From: Macrostomum lignano
Lineage: Eukaryota
DNA length: 64,000 nt
Assembly (NCBI GenBank): GCA_002269645.1
Contig: NIVC01000118.1
Location: forward strand, 186,001-250,000
Reading direction: 5' to 3'
The position numbers were made by a program, and so were the translations under genes. Positions 46,040-58,100 of this stretch are shown here, one piece after another (within the stretch, counting starts at the first letter, position 1; every line of letters starts with the position of its first letter). A model generated the notes under the pieces. That model did not search any database. It worked only from the letters and a program-made list of their open reading frames with translations, and was not told the origin of the DNA.

Positions 46040-48247
46040 GGAAAAGGGGAGATTGAAGATAGGGGAGATGAAGGATATGGGAGATGATAGATGAGAGATG
46101 AGAGATAGGGAAGATGATAGATGAGAGATGAGAGATAGGGAAGATGATAGATGAGAGATGAGAGATAGGGAAGATGAGAGATAGGGAAGATGATAGATGA
46201 GAGATGAGAGATAGGGAAGATGATAGATGAGAGATGAGAGATAGGGAAGATGATAGATGAGAGATGAGAGATAGGGAAGATGATAGATGAGAGATGAGAG
46301 ATAGGGAAGATGATAGATGAGAGATGAGAGATAGGGAAGATGATAGATGAGAGATGAGAGATAGGGAAGATTATAGATGAGAGATGAGAGATAGGGGAGA
46401 TGAGAGATAGGATATGAGAGACATATAATTTATGTCTACACTCATAGAGCGAACGTACCCCTATTATCGAACACAAAAACAAATGCACCCATTGACCTGA
46501 TAATGCAGCTAAATTTAACACAGGCAAATCAGTGACGTGCAGACAATTTGAGAGATAGGAGATAAATAGGATGAGAGATGGGAGATAAATGAGATGAGAG
46601 ATGAGAGATAGGAGATAAATGAGATGAGAGATGAGAGATAGGAGATAAATGAGATGAGAGATGAGGAGATAGGAGATAAATGAGATGAGAGATGAGAGAT
46701 AGAAGATAAATGAGATGAGAGATGAGAGATAGGAGATAAATGAGATGAGAGATGAGAGATAGGAGATAAATGAGATGAGAGATGAGAGATAGGAGATAGG
46801 GGCGATGAGTGATAGGGGAGATGAGAGAGAAAAAAATGCGAGAGTAGAGATATGAGAGAGTAAAAATATGAGAGAGGTAGATGAGACAGAGATAGATGAA
46901 GAGAGAGCAGACAGAGACCAAGACAGATTAGCAGACGCAATGTTTGGGTTAGCAAAAGCCAGCAGCAACAGCTATTCCAGATTGATGTAATAAGTGTTGC
47001 TACGCAAATGTCTACACTCATAGAGCGAACGTACCCCTATTATCGAACACAAAAACAAATGCACCCATTGACCTGATAATGCAGCTAAATTTAACACAGG
47101 CAAATCAGTGACGTGCAGACAATTTGAGAGATAGGAGATAAATAGGATGAGAGATGGGAGATAAATGAGATGAGAGATGAGAGATAGGAGATAAATGAGA
47201 TGAGAGATGAGAGATAGGAGATAAATGAGATGAGAGATGAGAGATAGGAGATAAATGAGATGAGAGATGAGAGATAGGAGATAAATGAGATGAGAGATGA
47301 GGAGATAGGAGATAAATGAGATGAGAGATGAGAGATAGAAGATAAATGAGATGAGAGATGAGAGATAGGAGATAAATGAGATGAGAGATGAGAGATAGGA
47401 GATAAATGAGATGAGAGATGAGAGATAGGAGATAGGGGCGATGAGTGATAGGGGAGATGAGAGAGAAAAAAATGCGAGAGTAGAGATATGAGAGAGTAAA
47501 AATATGAGAGAGGTAGATGAGACAGAGATAGATGAAGAGAGAGCAGACAGAGACCAAGACAGATTAGCAGACGCAATGTTTGGGTTAGCAAAAGCCAGCA
47601 GCAACAGCTATTCCAGATTGATGTAATAAGTGTTGCTACGCAAATGTCTACACTCATAGAGCGAACGTACCCCTATTATCGAACACAAAAACAAATGCAC
47701 CCATTGACCTGATAATGCAGCTAAATTTAACACAGGCAAATCAGTGACGTGCAGACAATTTGAGAGATAGGAGATAAATAGGATGAGAGATGGGAGATAA
47801 ATGAGATGAGAGATGAGAGATAGGAGATAAATGAGATGAGAGATGAGAGATAGGAGATAAATGAGATGAGAGATGAGAGATAGGAGATAAATGAGATGAG
47901 AGATGAGAGATAGGAGATAGGGGCGAAGAGTGATAGGGGAGATGAGAGAGAAAAAAATGCGAGAGTAGAGATATGAGAGAGTAAAAATATGAGAGAGGTA
48001 GATGAGACAGAGATAGATGAAGAGAGAGCAGACAGAGACCAAGACAGATTAGCAGACGCAATGTTTGGGTTAGCAAAAGCCAGCAGCAACAGCTATTCCA
48101 GATTGATGTAATAAGTGTTGCTACGCAAATGTCTACACTCATAGAGCGAACGTACCCCTGTTATCGAACACAAAAACAAATGCACCCATTGACCTGATAA
48201 TGCAGCTAAATTTAACACAGGCAAATCAGTGACGTGCAGACAATTTG
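46040..48247. repeat. AG-rich satellite followed by a higher-order tandem duplication (3 units of 576/636/485 bp plus a partial fourth)
   Basis: The unique core ATGTCTACACTCATAGAGCGAACG starts at 46432, 47008, 47644 and 48129. Confidence 0.92.
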
Positions 48248-48524
48248 CCACAGTCTTAAAAACTTAACTGAGAAAGAGCTCAAAATCCAGAGCACCATAT
48301 AAGGAAATCCGAAGCTTGAAATACGTAAAGAGTAAAATGCGCAACACCGGGGAATTCGCCTAGAAACCAGAAAAAAATGGTTCAAAGTACCAATATCGAA
48401 GGTTCTATCAAGTCACCGAATGAAATCATTAACTCATTGTTTTTCCTTTGCAGACAAGCAAGTTAAAAACCGGGCTTTTCCCGAGAATATTGGAACCGTT
48501 TAGCATGGTTTACGGAAATAAGCT

Positions 48525-49075
48525 AGATGGGGAATCCCTAAAAACAGAGATTTACCTATAAGCTAGTTAGGGAATCCCTAAAAACTGGGATTTTCCCAAA
48601 AGCTAGATGAGGAATCCTTAAATACTAGGATTTCTCAATTCCAAATAAAAAACCAAACCTGGGATTTCCCCATAAGCTGGATGGGGAATCTCTAAGAACT
48701 GGGATCTACTAATTCTAGATGGAAAACCCAAATCTGGGATTTCCCAATAAGCTAGATAGGGAATCCCTAAAAACTGGGATTTCCCAATGAGCTAGATAGG
48801 GAATCCCTAAAAACTGGGATTTCCCAATGAGCCAGATGGAAAACCCAAATCTGGGATTTCCCAATAAGCTAGATAGGGAATCTCTAAAAAAACTAGGATT
48901 TCCCCATAAGCTTGATGGGGAATCCCTAAAAACTGGGATTTCCCAATTCCATATGAAAAACCAAATCTGGGATTTCCCAAATCTGGAATTTCCCAAATCT
49001 GGGATTTCCCCATAAGCTAGATAGGGAATCCCTAAAAAAACTGGGACTTCCCTATAAGCTAGATGGGGAATCCAG
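48525..49075. repeat. Degenerate tandem repeat built on GGGAATCCC/GGGATTTCCC cores
   Basis: ATAAGCTAGATAGGGAATCCCTAAAAACTGGGATTTCCC-like units. Confidence 0.85.
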
Positions 49076-49158
49076 AACCGGTGATTTCACTGGAAGCCAG
49101 AAGAAAACGAATCTCCCTACGCCTACGTGTATTTCCCTAGCAGCGAAGCTAGAAACTT

Positions 49159-52100
49159 TTAGTTTGTTATTGCTAACGGTTTTTCCCGTTCATGCAATCC
49201 CGACTCACGAGTTTCAGCAGAGCCGGTCGCCTGCGGCGGCGACAGCACTATCCGGTAGGTGTTGACAGCCGCCAGCAGGCAGGCCAGCAGAATCGGACCG
49301 AAAATCGCCCCGTCCAGGCCGCACCAGTACAGACCTCCGGCCACCGACAGGCCCGTCAGGTAGGGATGGCCAGCACTGCCAAGGCGAATAAATTAAACAA
49401 TACTCACTTAAGAAAGTGAGTTTCGATACATATCGCCAGCTACGATTCAGTAATACTAATTCAAATAATTTATAATCACAACATTGATAATCTTATTTGC
49501 TATTTTCGATACATATCGGCAGCGAATATAAAAATTAAACCACTGCAACTTGTAACTCAATTTCCACAAAAAAGTATTTTCTTCGATACATATCGGCAGC
49601 AAATAAAAATTAAACCACTGCAACTTTAAACTCAATTTCCAAAAGGATAAATGTTTTTTCGATACATATCGGCAGCTAGGGTCTAGTCAATAAAATAAAC
49701 AGCGAAAACTAAATTTTGGTTTTCAAAAAAGAATGTACTTTCGATACATATCGGCCGTCAGGACTCAGTAATACAAAACAATAAAATTAACCTATAATTA
49801 AGTAAGAAAATTAGTTACGGTACATTTCGGTAACTAGGGTTCTGGTAATAAAAATGTAACTTAAGCTCACATTAAGTTCTACAAAGCAGAATAGTTATTT
49901 TCCATACATATCGGCAGCTAAGCGGTAAAAAAATAATCTTTCTATAGCTACATTCAACATAAGGCTTAAAATTTTACAAAATATAAACTGCAGAGCAATA
50001 TAAAATTGAGAAAAGCCTAAAATATTTCCTGCAGATGCACTGCTTGAACGAGAACGAGGAAATTATTTTATTTTTGAAAATGCAGCACGTATTCTGAATT
50101 CTCTGCTTTTGCATGCTTTCAATTGTTGATAGTGTTTGTAGGAATTGTTTAAATAATAAAATTTGAGCCTGAAGGTTGGAAGGCGGTTCACCTGAAGGTT
50201 CAGAGGTGGTTTACCTGAAGGTTGGTAGGCGGTTTACCTGAAGGTTGGGAGGCGGTTTACCTGAAGGTTGGTAGGCGGTTTACCTGAAGGTTGGGAGGCG
50301 GTTTACCTGAAGGTTGGTAGGCGGTTTACCTGAAGGTTGGGAGGCGGTTTACCTGAAGATTGGAAGGCGCTTTACCTGAAGATTGGAAGGCGGTTCACCT
50401 GAAGGTTCAGAGGCGGTTTATCTGAAGATTGGGAGGCAGTTTACCGGAAGGTTGGGAGGCGGTTTGCCTGAAGATTGGGAGGCGGTTTACCTGAAGGTTG
50501 GGAGGCGGTTTACCTGAAGGTTGGGAGGCGGTTTACCTGAAGGTTGGTAGGCGGTTTACCTGAAGGTTGGGAGGCGGTTTACCTGAAGATTGGAAGGCGG
50601 TTTATCTGAAGATCGGAAGGCGGTTTACCTGAAGATTGGAAGGCGGTTTACCTGAAGATTGGAAGGCGGTTTACCTGAAGGTTGGGAGGCGGTTTACCTG
50701 AAGATTGGAAGGCGGTTTACCTGAAGATTGGAAGGCGGTTTACCTGAAGATTGGAAGGCGGTTTACCTGAAGATTGGAAGGCGGTTCACCTGAAGGTTCA
50801 GAGGCGGTTTACCTGAAGATTGGAAGGCGGTTTACCTGAATGTTGGGAGGCGGTTTGCCTGAAGGTTGGGAGGCGGTTTGCCTGAAGGTTGGGAGGCGGT
50901 TCACCTGAAGATTGGGAGGCGGTTTACCTGAAGATTGGAAGGCGGTTTACCTGAAGATTGGAAGGCGGTTTACCTGAAGATTGGAAGGCGGTTTACCTGA
51001 AGATTGGAAGGCGGTTTACCTGAAGATTGGAAGGCGGTTTACCTGAAGATTGGAAGGCGGTTCACCTGAAGGTTCAGAGGCGGTTTACCTGAAGATTGGA
51101 AGGCGGTTTACCTGAATGTTGGGAGGCGGTTTGCCTGAAGGTTGGGAGGCGGTTTGCCTGAAGGTTGGGAGGAGGTTCACCTGAAGGTTGGGAGGCGGTT
51201 CACCTGAAGGTTGGGAGGCGGTTTACCTGAAGGTTGGGAGGAGGTCCACCTGAAGGTTGGGAGGAGGTTCACCTGAAGGTTGGGAGGCGGTTCACCTGAA
51301 GGTTGGGAGGCGGTTCACCTGAAGGTTGGGAGGCGGTTCACCTGAAGGTTGGGAGGCGGTTTACCTGAAGGTTGGGAGGAGGTCCACCTGAAGGTTGGGA
51401 GGAGGTTCACCTGAAGGTTCAGAGGCAATTTACCTGAAGGTTGGGAGGCGGTTCACCTGAAGGTTCAGAGGCAATTTACCTGAAGGTTGGGAGGCGGTTC
51501 ACCTGAAGGTTGGGAGGCGGTTCACCTGAAGGTTGGGAGGCGGTTCACCTGAAGGTTGGGAGGCGGTTTACCTGAAGGTTGGGAGGAGGTCCACCTGAAG
51601 GTTGGGAGGAGGTTCACCTGAAGGTTGGGAGGCGGTTCACCTGAAGGTTGGGAGGCGGTTTACCTGAAGGTTGGGAGGAGGTCCACCTGAAGGTTGGGAG
51701 GAGGTTCACCTGAAGGTTCAGAGGCAATTTACCTGAAGGTTGGGAGGCGGTTCACCTGAAGGTTGGGAGGCGGTTCACCTGAAGGTTGGGAGGCGGTTGA
51801 CCTGAAGGCTGGAGGGGGATTTAAAGCCTCACCTAAAGCCTTACAATGGAGGCAGAGCATATAAGCGTCGGGCTAAAGTCCTTAGTTCGATTCCAGGCCG
51901 CTGTACACCCCTAAGTAAGAGGAATGTGCACGGCCGCTTATCTCCTCTTACAACTCACCCTTTAATCTCGCCGTAGATGGTGGGGTCCACCAGATACGAA
52001 GGCAGCAGGTGGAGCAGCACAAAGGCTGCGGCCAGCAGCGGCTGCCCGTGGATCAGCCAAAGCTCCAGGGCGCCAGGCGCGCTGGCCCAGTAGGCGCCAA

Positions 52101-55100
52101 GAAACGGGATGGCGCCAAAAATGGCGGCAAGAACGCTTGGCGCGAACACCAGATTGACAGCGAAGACGGTGTGGGTCAGGCTGGTGTACAGGCCGTAGAA
52201 GCAGCTCATCTTCATGCTGGCCAGGAAGACTCCACTGCGGTGTGAGAGCAAAGTTGATTTCTTACAGCACCAGTTTAAACTTACCTGAGAACCCTGGATA
52301 ATAATGGTTACATAAGCACCAATTTAAACCTGCCTGAGAACCCTGGATAATAATGGTTACCTAAGCATCAGTTTGAACCTACCTGAGAATTCTGGATAAT
52401 AATGGTTACCTAAGCATCAGTTTGAACCTACCTGAGAACCCTGGATAATAATGGTTACCTAAGCACCAGTTTGAACCTACCTGAGAACCCTGTATAATAA
52501 TGGTTACCTAAGCACCAGTTTAAACCTACCTGAGAACCCTGGATAAAGATGGATACCTAAGCACCAGTTTAAACCTACCTGAGAACCCCGGATAAAGATG
52601 GATACCTAAGCACCAGTTTAAACCTACCTGAGAACCCTGGATAAAGATGGATACCTAAGCACCAGTTTAAACCTACCTGAGAACCCTGGATAAAGATGGT
52701 TACCTAAGCACCAGTTTAAACCTACCTGAGAACCCTGGATAAAGATGGTTACCTAAGCACCAGTTTAAACCTACCTGAGAACCCTGGATAAAAATGGTTA
52801 CCTAAGCACCAGTTTAAACCTACCTGAGAACCCTGGATAAAGATGGTTACCTAAGCACCAGTTTAAACCTACCTGAGTACCCTGGATAAAGATGGTTACC
52901 TAAGCACCAGTTTAAACCTACCTGAGAACCCTGAATAATAATGGTTACTATTAGTCATAACCCAATCAAGCAGAGAACAAACTATAAAGTACACACAGTA
53001 CTTTCATACCCTGAAAAGTAGAAATAAAACATTGATACGTGAGAAAAAGAGAGGAACACAGGAGAGAGAGAGAAATGAGAATATTGAATAGGAAAAGCTT
53101 TGGGAGAATTTTCTCAGGATCTGAGGATGGGCGCTGTTGACGCAATTCTACAAGCACTCTGCCTTTTATAACAGAAATTCTAACTCTGTGCCTTGGGGTT
53201 TGGCCCTCATGGGGTGTGGATCGGTCAGGCAGGCAGACACAAGCAGATATATTTGGAAACAAAGTCTATCAGAAAGATCTGACTAGTAAAAAAGGCATTG
53301 ATAATAACAAATGAGATTATTTGCGCAATAGGCTCGCCTAACTATACACTAACTCTATTGGTGAAGACGCAAAATGGTGCATAAATGTTATCGGCGCAAT
53401 CATTTAGAGATAGATTGGCCTAGCATTAATATATAGGCCAATTTGTTTTAAAGAAAGCTATTTTCTAGTTTAAGATATAAGGCTGATATTGCTTGAACAA
53501 AGCTGTCAAATGGAACTGGCAATGCACCATTTTTTGGCAATAAATTATTTGCATAAAAATAGAGACACAAAAGAAATGGAAAAAGAGAGGAGAAAGAGGG
53601 GGAGAACGAGGGAGAGAAAGAGAGGGAGAAAGAGGGGGAGAAGGAGGGGGAGAAAGAGGGGGAGAAAGAGGGGGAGAAAGAGGGAGAGAAAGAGGGAGAG
53701 AAAGAGGGAGAGAAAGAGGGAGAGAAAGAGGGAGAGAAAGAGGGGGAGAAAGAGGGGGAGAAAGAGGGGGAGAAAGAGGGGGAGAAAGAGGGGGAGAAAG
53801 AGGGGGAGAAAGAGGGAGAGAAAGAGGGAGAGAAAGAGGGAGAGAAAAAGGGGAAGAGGGGTAAAAAGAGGCGGAGAAAGAGGGGAAGAGGGGTAAGAAG
53901 AGGGGGAGAAAGAGGGGTAAAAAGAGGGGGAGAAAGAGAGGAAGAAGGGTAAGAAGAGGGGGAGAAAGAGGAAAAAGGAGGCAAACCTGGTCGCATCTTC
54001 CAACGCTGAGTAGAGCGCATTGAAAACGGAATTCGGCCGATTCGAACTCATGGACGAGATGAACTGCACGGGCAGATACATGTCGTTGCTGAAGCACAGC
54101 AGCAGGTACAGGGATGTCAGAAACACCAGCTGAGGGGGGGAGCGGATAACTTCGGGAGTGGCGAATCCATGCTTTATCTGTCTGCTCTTCGAATTCGTCT
54201 CTTCTGTCTGACTCTCTTGTCCACCCCTGTCACTCTCCCATTTCTCCATACGCCCTCACTCTTCTCTGTCTGCCTGTCAATCTCCTCCGTCTACTACCCT
54301 TTCTCTGTGTACTTCTCACTCTTTAACTCTTTTCTGTCTACTTATCCCTCTCCTGTCTACATCTCACTCTCCTCTGTCTACCTCTCACTCTCCTCTGTCT
54401 ACCCCCTCCCTCTGTCTACTTCTTACTCTCTTCTATCTCTCTTTTCTGTCTACCTCTCACTCTCCTCTGTCTACCTCTCACTCACCTCTGTCTACCACTC
54501 ACTCTCCTCTGTCTACCTCTCACTCTCCTCTGTCTACCCCCTCCCTCTGTCTACTTCTTACTCTCTTCTATCTCTCTTTTCTGTCTACCTCTCACTCTCC
54601 TCTGTCTACCCCTCACTCTCCTCTGTCTACCCCCTCCCTCTGTCTACTTCTTACTCTCTTCTATCTCTCTTTTCTGTCTACCTCTCACTCTCCTCTGTCT
54701 ACCCCTCACTCTCCTCTGTCTACCTCTCACTCTCCTCTGTCTACCCCTCACTCTCCTCTGTCTACCCCTCACTCTCCTCTGTCTACCTCTCACTCTCCTC
54801 TGTCTACCCCCTCCCTCTGTCTACTTCTTACTCTCTTCTATCTCTCTTTTCTGTCTACCTCTCACTCTTCTCTGTCTACCTCTCACTCTTCTCTGTCTAC
54901 CCCTCACTCTCCTCTGTCTACCTCTCACTCTCCTCTGTCTACCTCTCACTCTCCTCTGTCTACCTCTCACTCTTCTCTGTCTACCCCCCACTCTCCTCTG
55001 TCTACCCCTCACTCTCCTCTATCTACCTCTCACTCTCCTCTGTCTACCTCTCACTCTCCTCTGTCTACCTCTCACTCTTCTCTGTCTACCACTCACTCTC

Positions 55101-58100
55101 CTCTGTCTACCTCTCACTCTCCTCTGTTTACCTCTCACTCTCCTCTGTTTCACTCTTCTCCTGTCTCGCAAACCCTATCCCACTGTCAATGACTCACCGA
55201 CTGCAGCAGAAAGTTGAGCACGGCGGTGCCCCCGCCAAACAGTATCGACAGAGCTGTGGTGAGCAGGGTGAGCAGCAGGCTGAGGTTGCCTTTAATCACA
55301 ATCCATAATGATTCGAGTACCTGCGGGTTCACGGAGAAAACAGGACGTTCTCATGTTGCATAAACATTGCTTTTAATAAATGCGGGCCACTTTGCAACTG
55401 CTTTTCTAACTGGGTGTTTATCGGTAGGTCTGCACCTTTATTTTCTTTTATACCTACCCAAGTATCTCCCTCTCTGCCTACCTCCTTATTTCAATCTCCA
55501 TACCTACCTAAATATCTCCCTCTCTACCTACCCAAGTATCTACCTCTCTACCTACCCAAGTATCTCCCTCTCTACCTACCTAAGTATCTCCCTCTCTACC
55601 TACCTCTTTATCTCCCTTTTTACCTACCTAAACATAATCCTCTCCACCTACATAAATATCTCCCTCTCTACCTACCCAAGTATTCCTCTTCCCTCTCTAC
55701 CTACCTAAACATAATCCTCTCCACCTACTTAAATATCTCCCTCTCTACCTACCCAAGTATCTCCCTCTCTACCTACCTCTTTATCTCCCTCTCTACCTAC
55801 CTAAGTATTTCCCTCTCTACCTACCTCTTTATCTCCCTTTTTACCTACCTAAACATAATCCTCTCCACCTACATAAATATCTCCCTCTCTACCTACCCAA
55901 GTATTCCTCTTCCCTCTCTACCTACCTAAACATAATCCTCTCCACCTACTTAAATATCTCCCTCTCTACCTACCCAAGTATCTCCCTCTCTACCTACCTC
56001 TTTATCTCCCTCTCTACCTACCCAAGTATCTCCCTCTCTACCTACCTAAGTATCTCCCTCTCTACCTACCTCTTTATCCCTCTCTACCTACCTAAGTATC
56101 TCCCTCTCTACCTACCTCCTTATTTCCCTCTCTACCTACCTAAACATAATCCTCTCCACCTACTTAAATATCTCACTCTCTACCTACCTCCTATACGAAT
56201 CTATATCCCGCATCTCATCTCCTCATTCTGCAAAGCCCGCACTACAAACCGAAGTTAGTATTCCCAGATTCTCCTTGATGAAGCTCATCATCTTATTCGA
56301 GTCCAGCAGCGAGCCCCAGAGCTCCCATACGGCAGTGCCGCTGAACAACAGGACGGAGCTCTGCCGTGACAAGCCGGGCCGCTGGCTGCCAGGAGGATTG
56401 CCATCTGTTGAATCGTTGGCCTCGCCGACTCGCCGCCACACTGGCGACCAGGTGAAATTTTTGGCGGCCAATTTTTCGTACAGCCGATCCCACAGCTGCA
56501 GCACCTGCTCCTCGATCTTGGCTTTGTTGTAGTCGTTTGTCTCGAATACCATGTTGATCTGATAAGGTTTAGAATTAAATTAGCTTGGTTTGTACTGACT
56601 CGGGAATAAACTAGAGTGCGGTGAGTGGTGGCTGGTGGAGAGGCTCAAGAATCGGAGTGGGGTGGCTGGTGGAGAGGCTCAAGAATCGGAGTGGGGTGGC
56701 TGGCGGAGAGGCTCAAGAATCGGAGTGGGGTGGCTGGCGGAGAGGCTCAAGAATCGGAGTGGGGTGGCTGGCGGAGAGGCTCAAGAATCGGAGTGGGGTG
56801 GCTGGCGGAGAGGCTCAAGAATCGGAGTGGGGTGGCTGGCGGAGAGGCTCAAGAATCGGAGATTTTCAGCCAAACTAGAAAACTTGATGATAAAAATTAA
56901 GAAATCAAAGTACGTTTTGGTAAAAGTTTCCAATCTCGAGACAGGGTAATTGACAAGTAAGCTGCCTATGACGGCAGTTCACTCGTAAGCGTAAAAGTTA
57001 AAAGTTAAAGACAGAAAAAACTTTTAAACTGATTAGTCAGTTTAGCATGACATGACATGAAGGCTGAAGCGAATGTTGGCTCAGGGCACACAGAGACACA
57101 AGCGAAGAGTGGCGCACAGTTCCTGTGTGTGTGTGTGTGCTGGCAAACAGTGAGCACAGTTCTCAAGCGAAGGAACTCAGTACACTTTTCCCAAACTGAG
57201 CACTGATCAATTGGTTTTTCCGTTCTTCCCTTTCTGTCATGCCTGTCATTTTTTATTTGCTTTTTACATACTGTCCCTGCATGTTTCTACAGATAGCACA
57301 ATGGGAGCTGTGGCCCAAATCTCAAGATTCCTAACTGACATTGCTATGATCTTTTTAAATCTTCGTTATTAGATTAATTAGTGTTTGCAAAATAAATCTC
57401 ATGGACTTCATGTCATGGATCTCATTTTTATTCCATTTTTTTCTATATTTTAAAGAATCACCTTAAAAATTTCAAGGAGGACTATTTTCCGGATCTCTCT
57501 TAGACTTTTTAATTAGGGATTTCCTTACGGGATTCCCTCTCGAGATACCCCTACGGGATTCCCTCTCGAGATACCCCTTCGGGATTCCCCATTGGGATTA
57601 CCTTTCGGGATTCCCTTTCCGGATTCCCCTTCGAGATTGCCTTTTGGGATTCCTTTTCAGGATTCCCCTTCGGGATTCCCCTTCGGGATTTCCTTTCGGG
57701 ATTCCCCTTCAGGATTCACCTTTGGGATTCCCTTTCGGGATTCCCCTTCGGGATTTCCCTACGGTATTTCCCCGGTATTTCGAGATTCCCCTACGGGATT
57801 TTAATTCGGAATTTTTAGCAGCTACATATACTTGTAGTAAATAATAATAAGACACAGTTTTCTTATAAAACGATTACTCGCAATAAAGTAGCACTCTGAA
57901 CTAGAAGTACAATAATCATTTAATTATTCAAATAAAAGCATAAGCAGCAAGAATAAAAATAGAAATAAAATGTCTTATCGAGACAGACGCAGCGCAAAGA
58001 TATAGTGTATCATTGTTATAAATATCTTATACTTTATATTACAATGATAAAGCTTGCGAACCAATTCACAGTATCCTGGCACATGCACAGCGGCATGCTG

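Noticed and set aside
49421-49920. True CRISPR array
   Set aside because: The context is a eukaryotic intron with no cas genes, the repeat is too short, and the spacers are partly homologous to each other.
56625-56672. Chi site GCTGGTGG in the 34-bp minisatellite
   Set aside because: It is present in only two variant units and has no meaning in a eukaryote without RecBCD.
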